64,000 nt of DNA from NCBI GenBank assembly GCA_035546095.1, contig DASZXB010000047.1, positions 26,905-90,904 on the forward strand, read 5' to 3'. Origin of the DNA: Verrucomicrobiia bacterium (GTDB lineage: Bacteria > Verrucomicrobiota > Verrucomicrobiia > Limisphaerales > UBA11358). Below, piece by piece: positions 55,739 through 64,000 of the stretch. The notes beneath the pieces are model-generated. The model worked only from the letters and a program-made list of their open reading frames with translations, searched no databases and had not been told where the DNA came from. The stretch's first letter is position 1. Each line of letters opens with the position of its first letter. A program made the position numbers and the translations under genes.

Positions 55739-57370
55739 TCAGTTTTTCGCCTTGCGGATGTAATTCAACGGATGGTCGTCCAAAATGTTTTGGTAAATGC
55801 CGGAAACGTTCGTGTGGTAATAATTGATGCCCGCGTAAATATAAAGCGGAATGATTGGCAACTGGTCGTGAATCACAATGGATTCGGCTTGTTGAAAAAG
55901 TTCCGCGCGTTTTTTCAAGTCGGTTTGTTCGTTCGCTTTGTTTACGAGCGCGTCGTAGCGTGAATTTTTCCAGCCAGTGCGGTTGTTGCCGCTGTTGCTC
56001 AAAAATAAATCCAGAAACGTGTTCGCGTCGTCGTAATCGCCAATCCAGTCGCCGCGCCCGAGGTCGTAATCCAGATGCGAGGTCGCGCTCAACCACACTT
56101 TCCATTCGACCTGACGCAGGCCGATGTTGATGCCGAGCGTGTCGCGCCACATCTGCTGCAATTCGACCGCGATGTCTTCGTGAATTTTCGTTCCGCCGCC
56201 GGCGGGCGCGTTGAAAATGTATTCGACGCGCGGAAAATTCTTGCCGTCGGGATAACCGGCTTCAGCCAGCAATTTTTTTGCAAGCGCGGGATCGTAACCG
56301 AGTCCGTCTGGCGAAGTGTAATCCGCCGTACCATCGGGAACCAGATGCGAAGTCGGACGTTCGCCGCCGCGCGTGATCTTTTTCACGATACTATCGCGGT
56401 CAACGGCCAGAGCCAGAGCCTTTCGGACGCGCGGATCGTCGAACGGTTTTCGCGTCGTGTTGAAACTGACCCAATACGTGGCGAGATAATCGAAGCGATG
56501 CGCATCCGGCCATTTGGTCAAAATATCGAGCAATTCTGCCGGAACAACTTCCTTATCCCAAATCACGTCCACGGCATTTTGTTGGTAAAGATTGAAAGCC
56601 GTGCTCGGCGAGCCGATCGGCAAAATGTCAATGATGTCCGATTGCGTGTTCGTAGCATCCCAGTAACGCGGGTTTTTTTTCAGGCGAACTTTGTCGTTGA
56701 GCTTCCAATAAGCCAATTCGTAAGGCCCGCTCACCGGTAGCGGTTTGGCCATGAGCCAGCGGTCGCCAAATTTTTCAATCGTTTGCCGCGGCACGATGTA
56801 AGTCAACGGCATCGCGCAGATGTCGAGAAAAAACGGCGTGGGCGAATTCAATTCAACTTGCACGGTGAATTTGTCCGGCGCATGAATCCCGACAAGCGAA
56901 GAATCCTTGATTTTTCCCGCGTTAAAATCTTCGGCGTTTTTGACGTAGAAAAGTTGTCCGGCATAATCGGACGCCGTCGCTGGTGCGAGCGTGCGCAGCC
57001 ACGAATAAACCACATCGTCTGCCGTGATCGGCTCGCCGGTGGACCAAACCAGATTTGTGCGCAAATAAAACGTGTAAATTTTTCCGTCCGGCGAAATTTC
57101 CCAGCTTTGCGCCAAACCCGGAATCGGCTGCGCCGTTTTTGGATCGAGCCGCGCCAGACCTTCAAATAGACCGATGGCGATGCGCATTTCTGGGATGCCG
57201 GTCAAAATGGCCGGATCAAGCGTTTCCGGCTCGGCTTGATTGACGATGGTGATGTCCGCCGGTGGCTCGCTGCGGGTGCAGCTCGCGGACAAAACGCAAA
57301 GAAGAACGGCGCAAAATGCAAAACGCGCCTGCGAAATAAATTTCGAGGCGCGTTCAGGAAAAATCATCAC
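55739..57370 (-). CDS. family-5 extracellular solute-binding protein (OppA/DppA-like)
   Basis: 543 aa with a signal/lipobox-like N-terminus (LSASC). SBP_bac_5-like length and position. Confidence 0.75.
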   Translation of the reverse strand: MMIFPERASKFISQARFAFCAVLLCVLSASCTRSEPPADITIVNQAEPETLDPAILTGIPEMRIAIGLFEGLARLDPKTAQPIPGLAQSWEISPDGKIYTFYLRTNLVWSTGEPITADDVVYSWLRTLAPATASDYAGQLFYVKNAEDFNAGKIKDSSLVGIHAPDKFTVQVELNSPTPFFLDICAMPLTYIVPRQTIEKFGDRWLMAKPLPVSGPYELAYWKLNDKVRLKKNPRYWDATNTQSDIIDILPIGSPSTAFNLYQQNAVDVIWDKEVVPAELLDILTKWPDAHRFDYLATYWVSFNTTRKPFDDPRVRKALALAVDRDSIVKKITRGGERPTSHLVPDGTADYTSPDGLGYDPALAKKLLAEAGYPDGKNFPRVEYIFNAPAGGGTKIHEDIAVELQQMWRDTLGINIGLRQVEWKVWLSATSHLDYDLGRGDWIGDYDDANTFLDLFLSNSGNNRTGWKNSRYDALVNKANEQTDLKKRAELFQQAESIVIHDQLPIIPLYIYAGINYYHTNVSGIYQNILDDHPLNYIRKAKN

Positions 57371-57371
57371 A

Positions 57372-57803
57372 TTACTTTGCCGATGAATTTGTCGGCGTGG
57401 CCGTCACCGAATTGGTTGAAGAAGTCAACGGCACAGCCAGCAGACTATTGGTTGAAGCTGACGCTGGCGCTGTCGTTGGCGAAGTTGCGGGCGCAACGAT
57501 GGGCGTCTGCATCTGCTTTTGTTGCACGGCTTTTTCAAAGGCCGAAGCATCGCCACCGCTGTGCGTTCTGTTCTGCAAAACGCCCAGCAAAATGGCCAAC
57601 ACGATAAAAATGCCTGTCGCCCATTTCGTGATTTTGGTCAGCGCATTACCGGAACCCGCACCGAACAGCGCGTCCGCTGCGCCGCCGCCGAACGCGAGAC
57701 CCGCGCCCGCGTCCTTTTTAGGCAATTGCACCAGCACGAGCAGAATTAATAGCAGACACGTGACGACCATCAAAAATGTCAAAATTCCAATGATAAAACT
57801 CAT
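57372..57803 (-). CDS. secG: preprotein translocase subunit SecG with a low-complexity C-terminal tail
   Basis: LLILLVLVQLPKKDAGAGLAFGGG motif and a second TM. Canonical tpiA-secG linkage. Confidence 0.8.
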   Translation of the reverse strand: MSFIIGILTFLMVVTCLLLILLVLVQLPKKDAGAGLAFGGGAADALFGAGSGNALTKITKWATGIFIVLAILLGVLQNRTHSGGDASAFEKAVQQKQMQTPIVAPATSPTTAPASASTNSLLAVPLTSSTNSVTATPTNSSAK

Positions 57804-57812
57804 GGCCGGATT

Positions 57813-58580
57813 CTATATTGAATTTTTGATGATGTCAGCAAAACTTCTCGCTTCCAAACTCGCGCCACCCACGAGCGCGCCGTCCACGTCCGGCTGGCTC
57901 ATTAATTCCTTCGCGTTGGCCGGTTTGACGCTGCCGCCGTATTGAATGCGGACTTTCTTTGCCGTCGCTTCATCAAAAATCTGCGTCAACAATTTGCGGA
58001 TGAACGCGTGCGCGTCCTGCGCCTGCTGCGTCGTCGCCGTCTTGCCCGTGCCAATCGCCCAGACTGGCTCGTAAGCGATGATGGTTTCGACCATTTGTTC
58101 TTTGGTCAAACCAGCCAAACTCCCGCGCACTTGCGTTTCCAAGACCTTTTCGGTTTCGTTCGCCTCGCGTTCCACCAGCGTTTCGCCGACACAAACAATC
58201 GGTTTCAAACTCGCCGCGTGTGCCGCTAAAGTTTTTTTGGCGATGAGCGCGTCGGATTCTTTGAAATACTGACGACGCTCGCTGTGGCCGAGAATGACGT
58301 AGCGCACGGAAAATTCCTTCAACATTCCGGCGCAAATTTCACCCGTGAACGCGCCGAAATTATTTTCGCTCATATTTTGCGCGCCGAGCCGGATGTTTTT
58401 CGTCTCAAGAATCGCTTTGGAAACCGATTCCAGCGCGGTGAATGGCGGACAAACCACGATGTCCGCTTCCTTCACCTTGCTTAATTCCAGTTTCAAATCG
58501 TTGACCAAAGCCAGCGCTTCGGCCACCGTTTTGTTCATCTTCCAATTGCCTGCAATGATTAACTTGCGTTCTTTGTTCAT
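57813..58580 (-). CDS. tpiA: triosephosphate isomerase
   Basis: IIAGNWKMN, GHSERR and AYEPVWAIGTG motifs. Confidence 0.9.
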   Translation of the reverse strand: MNKERKLIIAGNWKMNKTVAEALALVNDLKLELSKVKEADIVVCPPFTALESVSKAILETKNIRLGAQNMSENNFGAFTGEICAGMLKEFSVRYVILGHSERRQYFKESDALIAKKTLAAHAASLKPIVCVGETLVEREANETEKVLETQVRGSLAGLTKEQMVETIIAYEPVWAIGTGKTATTQQAQDAHAFIRKLLTQIFDEATAKKVRIQYGGSVKPANAKELMSQPDVDGALVGGASLEARSFADIIKNSI

Positions 58581-58590
58581 GCTTTGATTT

Positions 58591-58650
58591 GCCACGGAGT
58601 CACAGAGACGCAGAGAAAATTTTAACTCTGTGTCTCTGCGTCTCGGTGGC
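58591..58650. repeat. CACAGA-family hairpin repeat between pgk and tpiA
   Basis: gccacggagtcacagagacgcagag faces ctctgtgtctctgcgtctcggtggc. Confidence 0.65.
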
Positions 58651-58656
58651 TAAAAA

Positions 58657-59910
58657 CTATTTTTCCGACAACGCCGCGACGCCCGGCAACACCGCACCTT
58701 CCAAAAATTCCAGACTCGCGCCGCCGCCCGTGCTGACAAACGTCACCTTGTCGCCAAGACCGGCCTGTTTCAACGCCTTCACGCTATCGCCGCCGCCGAT
58801 GATGCTCTTCGCGCCGTTCTTTTGTGTCGCGTCCGCGACCGCTTGCGCGACCGCATTTGTGCCCGCCGCAAAACGCGCGTCTTCAAACATTCCCATCGGG
58901 CCATTCCACAAAATTGTTTTTGCGCCAGAAATGATTTTTGCGTAATTCGCCGCCGTTTCTTCACCGATGCTGAAACCTTCCGCGTCATCAGGGATTTCAC
59001 CTTTGATGGTTTTGATATTCGCAAAATCAAAAATCGGCTTGCCCTTCTTGTTCAATTTGCCCGTGTCCACTGGCGTCGCGATGACCGTGTCCGTCGGCAA
59101 CTGAAAATTCACGCCGAGTTTTTTTGCTTTCGCTTCTGCGTCGAGCGCGGTTTGTTTGTGGTCGGGTTCGACCAGCGATTTGCCGACTTTTTCGCCGTGC
59201 GCCAATTTGAACGTGTAAGCCATCGCGCCGCCAATCAAAATCGTGTCCGCCTTTTCAAGCAGCCGGTCAATGACTTTGATTTTGTCCGAAACTTTTGCGC
59301 CGCCGAGAATGACAACGAATGGCCGCGCCGGATTTTCCAATTCATCGCCGAGAAATTTGAGTTCGCGTTCCATTAACAAACCCGCCGCGCATTTGCCGCC
59401 GCGTTTGGAAATAATTTTGGCAATGCCTTCCGTGCTCGCGTGCGCGCGATGCGCTGCGCCGAAAGCGTCGTTCACATAAACATCCGCCAGCTTCGCCAAT
59501 TTTTCCGCGAAGGCCGGGTCATTTTTTTCTTCCTCGTCGTGATAGCGGACATTTTCCAGCAACGCAACATGACCATCTTTCAAAGTCGCGGCGATTTTTT
59601 CCGCGTGTTCGCCAATACAATCGTCGGCAAACTCGACGGGGATTCCGAGCAGTTCGTGCAATTTGAAAGCGATTGGCCGCAGCGACATCGAAGGCTCGCG
59701 CTTGCCTTTTGGCCGGCCAAGATGCGCCGCGAGAATAATTTTTGCGCCCTTTTCGATAAGCAATTTCAACGTCGGCAGCGTTTCTCTGATTCGCGTTTCA
59801 TCGGTGATGACCATTTCGCCGTTTTTTTCTTCCAGCGGCACGTTGTAATCCACGCGCACAAAAACGCGCTTGCCACGAACGTCCAAATCTCGAACTGTCA
59901 GTTTAGCCAT
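58657..59910 (-). CDS. pgk: phosphoglycerate kinase
   Basis: RVDYNVP, GGAKVSDKI and STGGGASLE motifs. Confidence 0.9.
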   Translation of the reverse strand: MAKLTVRDLDVRGKRVFVRVDYNVPLEEKNGEMVITDETRIRETLPTLKLLIEKGAKIILAAHLGRPKGKREPSMSLRPIAFKLHELLGIPVEFADDCIGEHAEKIAATLKDGHVALLENVRYHDEEEKNDPAFAEKLAKLADVYVNDAFGAAHRAHASTEGIAKIISKRGGKCAAGLLMERELKFLGDELENPARPFVVILGGAKVSDKIKVIDRLLEKADTILIGGAMAYTFKLAHGEKVGKSLVEPDHKQTALDAEAKAKKLGVNFQLPTDTVIATPVDTGKLNKKGKPIFDFANIKTIKGEIPDDAEGFSIGEETAANYAKIISGAKTILWNGPMGMFEDARFAAGTNAVAQAVADATQKNGAKSIIGGGDSVKALKQAGLGDKVTFVSTGGGASLEFLEGAVLPGVAALSEK

Positions 59911-60043
59911 AAAATCAAAGAGCGGAGAGGTTAAATTGTTTTGGCGCCCCGCGCCAGTTTTTTTCGCGGCGAAATTGTTTGGGGCGCGTTCTCTGAAAAT
60001 TTCTGTCCGGTTTTGGCGTCCGGCGGCTGTATGATTGAAAACA

Positions 60044-61744
60044 ATGTCCGACGATTCACAACTTTTGCGCCAGTTTGCCGCGAACCGTTCCGAAGCCGCG
60101 TTCGGCGAACTCGTCGCGCGCCACGTCGCGCTCGTTTATTCCGCCGCGTTCCGGCAGACGAACGGCGACGCGCATCTGGCGCAGGACATCGCGCAAGTGG
60201 TCTTTGCCGATTTCGCGCGCAAAGCCCCTGCCCTTTCGGAAAACGTCGTGCTGGCCGGCTGGCTGCATCGTGCCACGATTTTTGCCGCGCGCCAAATTTT
60301 ACGAACCGAACGCCGCCGCCGTTCGCACGAACAGCAGGCCGTCACAATGAGTGCGATTCCGTCCGAAAATGAAAACAGCGATTGGCGGCAAATCCGTCCG
60401 TTGCTCGACGAAGCGTTGAATCGTCTGAACAAAACCGACCGCGACGCGCTGCTGCTGCGATTTTTTGAAAATCAAAGCCTCGCGCAAGTCGGCATAAATT
60501 TGGGCACAGCCGAGGACGCCGCGCGAAAGCGCGTCAATCGCGCTCTGGAAAAATTGCGGAAAATTCTGGCGCGACGCGGCGTGACGACGACTGCCGCCAC
60601 GCTTTCAACCGTGATTTCGGCAAACGCCATTCAAATCGCGCCCGCCGGTCTGGCCGCGACGCTGGCGACGACTTCGATTGCGACTGCGGGAACTGGAACA
60701 ACTTTCACACTTTTGAAAATTATGACTGCGACCAAATTGAAATTAGCGTTCAGTGTGATTGTCGTTGCCGGTGCGGCGACAGCAATTGTGATTCAACAAC
60801 AAAATCAGACAAAATTGCGCGGCGAAAATGAATCGTTCCAACAACAAATCGCGCAACTGCAAACCGACAATGCAAATTATTCCAACCGCCTTGCCGAAGT
60901 CGGCGACGACAAAAAATTATCGGATGAACAATTCAGCGAATTACTAAAATTGCGTGGCGAGGTCGGTGTTTTGCAACGACAACTTGACGAAGCCGTCGAA
61001 AAGAACCGCGCATTGCAAAACGCAGCGATGGTCGGTTCAAACACAAATTCATCCGTGCCACAAATTCATATCAAGGCGTGTTTTTTCTCAATGCCAAAAG
61101 ATGTGCTCGCTGGTTTGGGTAACTTAAATGGGATTCTTACCAGTGAAAATGCTTCAAATACTTTGTGGACGGTGAAAACACGCAACGGTGTTAAAGAACT
61201 GGCCGAGCCGGAAGTTGTGACAACCAGTGGACGAGACACTCAAATGCGAGTGACGCAAACTATTTCTGTCGTGACCAATTTTTGCCTTCAAGAAACGAAT
61301 GGCGTTTCCAGTATTTCCCCTCAAACTGGAACTGTTGAAATAGGACCGATTCTCGACATCGTGCCGCGCATTTTATCCGACGGTTACACCATTGAATTGC
61401 GCGCGATTCCGTCTCTAACTGATTTTTTGGGCTACGTCCAGTCCACCAATACCACGCCAGCTTACACAACAGACGGCCAAGAAATTGACTTGCCGACGGC
61501 ATCGCCTCAATTTCGTATCCAACAAACTACTAACTCAATGAACTTGTTGGACGGTCAGACAATGGTTTTTGCGATGAACGATAAACAAGCTCCGGCGGAC
61601 GCCACATTTTTGCAATCGGACGGCAGTACAACAAGATATGACGACAAGCAAACGCTTGTGTTCATCACCGCGACCATCGTTGACTCAATGGGCAAACGAA
61701 TTCACGACGATGCCGGAACTTATACGAAAGCTGATGGCCAATGA
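60044..61744 (+). CDS. ECF-type sigma-70 domain fused to a TM helix, a coiled coil and a secretin-homology domain
   Basis: Sigma region 2 (ELVARHVALVYSAAFRQ...AQDIAQVVF) and region 4 (DRDALLLRFFENQSLAQVG...RKRVNRALEKLR), a TM (LAFSVIVVAGAATAIVI), then PQIHIKACFF...ELAEPEVVTTSGRDTQMR...DGQTMVF...LVFITATIVD, which is homologous to the tail of 5640-8726. Confidence 0.7.
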   Translation: MSDDSQLLRQFAANRSEAAFGELVARHVALVYSAAFRQTNGDAHLAQDIAQVVFADFARKAPALSENVVLAGWLHRATIFAARQILRTERRRRSHEQQAVTMSAIPSENENSDWRQIRPLLDEALNRLNKTDRDALLLRFFENQSLAQVGINLGTAEDAARKRVNRALEKLRKILARRGVTTTAATLSTVISANAIQIAPAGLAATLATTSIATAGTGTTFTLLKIMTATKLKLAFSVIVVAGAATAIVIQQQNQTKLRGENESFQQQIAQLQTDNANYSNRLAEVGDDKKLSDEQFSELLKLRGEVGVLQRQLDEAVEKNRALQNAAMVGSNTNSSVPQIHIKACFFSMPKDVLAGLGNLNGILTSENASNTLWTVKTRNGVKELAEPEVVTTSGRDTQMRVTQTISVVTNFCLQETNGVSSISPQTGTVEIGPILDIVPRILSDGYTIELRAIPSLTDFLGYVQSTNTTPAYTTDGQEIDLPTASPQFRIQQTTNSMNLLDGQTMVFAMNDKQAPADATFLQSDGSTTRYDDKQTLVFITATIVDSMGKRIHDDAGTYTKADGQ

Positions 61745-61835
61745 AAGTGCCACGCCAAAATTTGAACAGAAGGCAAAAAAAGAAACAAAGAATCAATTGG
61801 CTTTGTTCTCTTTTGTGAATTAATCCAGAAGTGCG

Positions 61836-62684
61836 TCAAACGTAAAGCGCGTTTTGCAAATCGCGCACGAGGACGCTCATAAAGGCGTAACGGCGGTCGG
61901 GTTCGCGTTCGAGACATTTCATCACCACCTTTTCGAGATTGTCGGGAATTTCCGGATTGTGCGCGCGCACGGAAGCAGGACTGCCATTCAATTGCGCGGC
62001 GAGAATTTCCGCGGGCGTTTCGCCGGGAAACGGTTTTTGGTTCGTCAACAATTCATACGCGGCGACGCCGTAGGCAAAAATGTCCGCGCGCGAATCAATC
62101 GGTTCACGTTGCAATTGTTCGGGTGCCATGTAGCCGGGCGTGCCGGGATTTTTCGACATTTTCACGGGCTTTTCGGGAATCGGTTGCGCGAGGTCGAAAT
62201 CAATCAGCCGCACTCCGCCGTTGCGCGTGACCAAAATGTTTTCCGGCTTGAAATCAAGGTGCATGAATCCGCTTTCATGGACATGGCCCAAACCGACGGC
62301 CATATCAATCAGGATTTGCGCGACGTTTTCCGTCAGCACCGGGTCCTGCCGCGCGAACAATTCTTTCAGATTGGACGCTTCGACGTAATCCATGAGCAAA
62401 TAAGGCGTGCCTTCCGCTTTGCCATGCTCGACGTAGCCGACTATAAAATCGCTTTGATTCATTTGCGAAAGTACTTCGCAGCCGCGCGCAAACCGTCGGC
62501 GCGCCAGAAAATTATATTTCAATTCGCCCTTCAATTTTCGTAGCGCGTAAGGCCGTCCGCGACCGTCGGTGACGAACCAGATGTCCGCCATACCGCCGCT
62601 GTTCAACAATTCTTGAAGATAAAATCGCCCGAATTGCTGCTGCCCGGCCTCGGCGACTCCTTCGCTTTGAAAATAACTTGCCAT
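61836..62684 (-). CDS. Ser/Thr protein kinase (Hanks type)
   Basis: HLDFKPENILV catalytic loop, DFDLA, and GTPGYMAPE activation segment. Confidence 0.85.
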   Translation of the reverse strand: MASYFQSEGVAEAGQQQFGRFYLQELLNSGGMADIWFVTDGRGRPYALRKLKGELKYNFLARRRFARGCEVLSQMNQSDFIVGYVEHGKAEGTPYLLMDYVEASNLKELFARQDPVLTENVAQILIDMAVGLGHVHESGFMHLDFKPENILVTRNGGVRLIDFDLAQPIPEKPVKMSKNPGTPGYMAPEQLQREPIDSRADIFAYGVAAYELLTNQKPFPGETPAEILAAQLNGSPASVRAHNPEIPDNLEKVVMKCLEREPDRRYAFMSVLVRDLQNALYV

Positions 62685-62800
62685 GTTCCTCTTTTCATCA
62701 ATACCACGCCGCATCGCGTCGCGCGAACAAAACTTTTTGACCCACAACTTTTTAGACGGAATTCGATTGCATTTGGCGACAAAAAAAATAATTTCGGTTC

Positions 62801-63703
62801 ATGCGGCCAATTCGGGCGTTGGTCATTTATCTCGTTTTTGTCTTTCTCGGCGGAGCGTTGCTCGCGCCGTGTCTGTATTGGCTGGCGCAGTCGTTCGCGC
62901 ATGAAATCCCAAAAATCGCCAATGCGCCGTTTCACCGTTTTCTTGACCGCGCCTTTTTGATTCTCGCGCTGATTGGAATCTGGCCGCTGTTGCGCGTGCT
63001 CGGCGCGAAATCGTGGCGCGAAATTGGCTTGGTCGCGCCCTACGGCCAGTCAGGAAAATTTTTCGGCGGCTTGCTGCTCGGTTTTTTTTCGCTCGCGATT
63101 CTCGCCGGAATGACCATTGGATTCGGCATCCGGCCTTTTGCCCACAATTTGACGGCGCATAAAATAACCGACGTGATTTTCAGCGCGCTGGCAACGGCGG
63201 CCATCGTTGCCGTGCTGGAAGAAATTTTGTTTCGCGGCGGAATTTTTGGTGGATTGCGTCGCGTGCTTTATTGGCCGTTCGCGTTGTTAATCAGCAGCGC
63301 GATTTACGCGCTCGTGCATTTTTTGCAGCACACGGAATGGACTGGCGCGGTCAAGTGGGATTCCGGCCTCGTCTTATTGCCGCAAATGCTCGCGGGCTTC
63401 GCGGATTTTCACGCGCTTGTGCCGGGATTTTTTAATCTGACGCTCGCCGGCATTTTGCTTGGTCTCGCATTTCAACGCACAGGCAATCTTTATTTTTCCA
63501 TCGGCTTGCACGCGGGCTGGATTTTTTGGCTGAAAATTTACGCCGCCATTACTGCCGACGTGCCGCGCACGGCCATCTGGTTTTGGGGCACGAGCAAAAT
63601 GATTGACGGCTGGCTTGCTTTTTTCGTTCTCACGGCCACGCTGATTGTCCTTAAATTTCTGCCTATCGGCGAAAAACGTTCGCCGTTCACAATTCCGTCA
63701 TGA
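62801..63703 (+). CDS. CPBP (CAAX/Abi) family intramembrane metalloprotease
   Basis: EEILFRGGIFG motif 1 and a later HFLQH / HAGWIF His motif. Polytopic. Confidence 0.8.
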   Translation: MRPIRALVIYLVFVFLGGALLAPCLYWLAQSFAHEIPKIANAPFHRFLDRAFLILALIGIWPLLRVLGAKSWREIGLVAPYGQSGKFFGGLLLGFFSLAILAGMTIGFGIRPFAHNLTAHKITDVIFSALATAAIVAVLEEILFRGGIFGGLRRVLYWPFALLISSAIYALVHFLQHTEWTGAVKWDSGLVLLPQMLAGFADFHALVPGFFNLTLAGILLGLAFQRTGNLYFSIGLHAGWIFWLKIYAAITADVPRTAIWFWGTSKMIDGWLAFFVLTATLIVLKFLPIGEKRSPFTIPS

Positions 63704-64000
63704 TTGCTTCGGCCATTTCAATTCAAAATTGGCTGAATGTCGGTCTGGGATTTCTTTACCCGGAAATCTGCCAATTGTGCGGCAGCGAACGCGCGACGAA
63801 AAAGGAAGGTTTCGTTTGCCGCCACTGCTGGCAACAAGTTCGTTTCATCCGCCCGCCGTTTTGCGAACGCTGCGGATTGCCGTTTGAAGGCGACCTAACA
63901 ACGCCATTTGAATGCGCGAATTGCCGCGAAATGGAATTGCATTTCCGTTTCGCGCGTTCCGCCGTCGTCGCGAAAACTGTCGTGCTGGAAATCATCCATC
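63700..64000 (+). CDS. ComF-family protein (phosphoribosyltransferase-like), N-terminal part, truncated by the window end
   Basis: ATG at 63700 overlaps the upstream stop (ATGA). Has an N-terminal Cys-rich zinc-finger region: CQLCG...CRHCW...CERCG...CANC. Confidence 0.6.
   Translation, partial: MIASAISIQNWLNVGLGFLYPEICQLCGSERATKKEGFVCRHCWQQVRFIRPPFCERCGLPFEGDLTTPFECANCREMELHFRFARSAVVAKTVVLEIIH

Overview
This 64-kb window is from a Gram-negative chromosome. Gene content and repeat style look PVC/Verrucomicrobiota-like, but that is a low-confidence inference. Most of the window is ordinary housekeeping: can, purE, pgsA-like, bcp, acnA, recR-ybaB-dnaX with an SRP RNA upstream, yggS, bioA-bioF, hpf, glgA, serS, leuD, an opp-like permease cluster, secG-tpiA-pgk and others. 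The standout is a roughly 15.9-kb, visibly A/T-richer insertion (30587-46453) between hpf and a PEP-CTERM gene. It resolves into two related but distinct filamentous (inovirus-like) prophages lying head-to-head on opposite strands. Each carries a HUH Rep, an RHH protein, a Zn-ribbon protein, an HTH protein, a major-coat-like protein, a g3p-like protein, a g6p-like protein and a Zot/pI-like ATPase. Neither encodes an integrase or a secretin. Three direct copies of a dif-like 28-bp site bound and separate the two prophages, and their arm-swap pattern fits XerCD-type integration. The outer edges are a roughly 510-bp near-identical inverted repeat formed by the Zot C-terminal domains. Secondary points: (1) a secretin-homology C-terminal domain is shared by a BlaI-coupled BlaR1/M56 protein and by an ECF-sigma/TM fusion; (2) hairpin repeat elements sit in frame inside bioA; (3) several hairpin-repeat families occupy intergenic DNA; (4) an A/T-richer two-component plus GT2 plus ArnT-like island is present. 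I saw no rRNA, tRNA, CRISPR array, transposase or integrase. All coordinates and similarities were judged by eye, and no database search was run.
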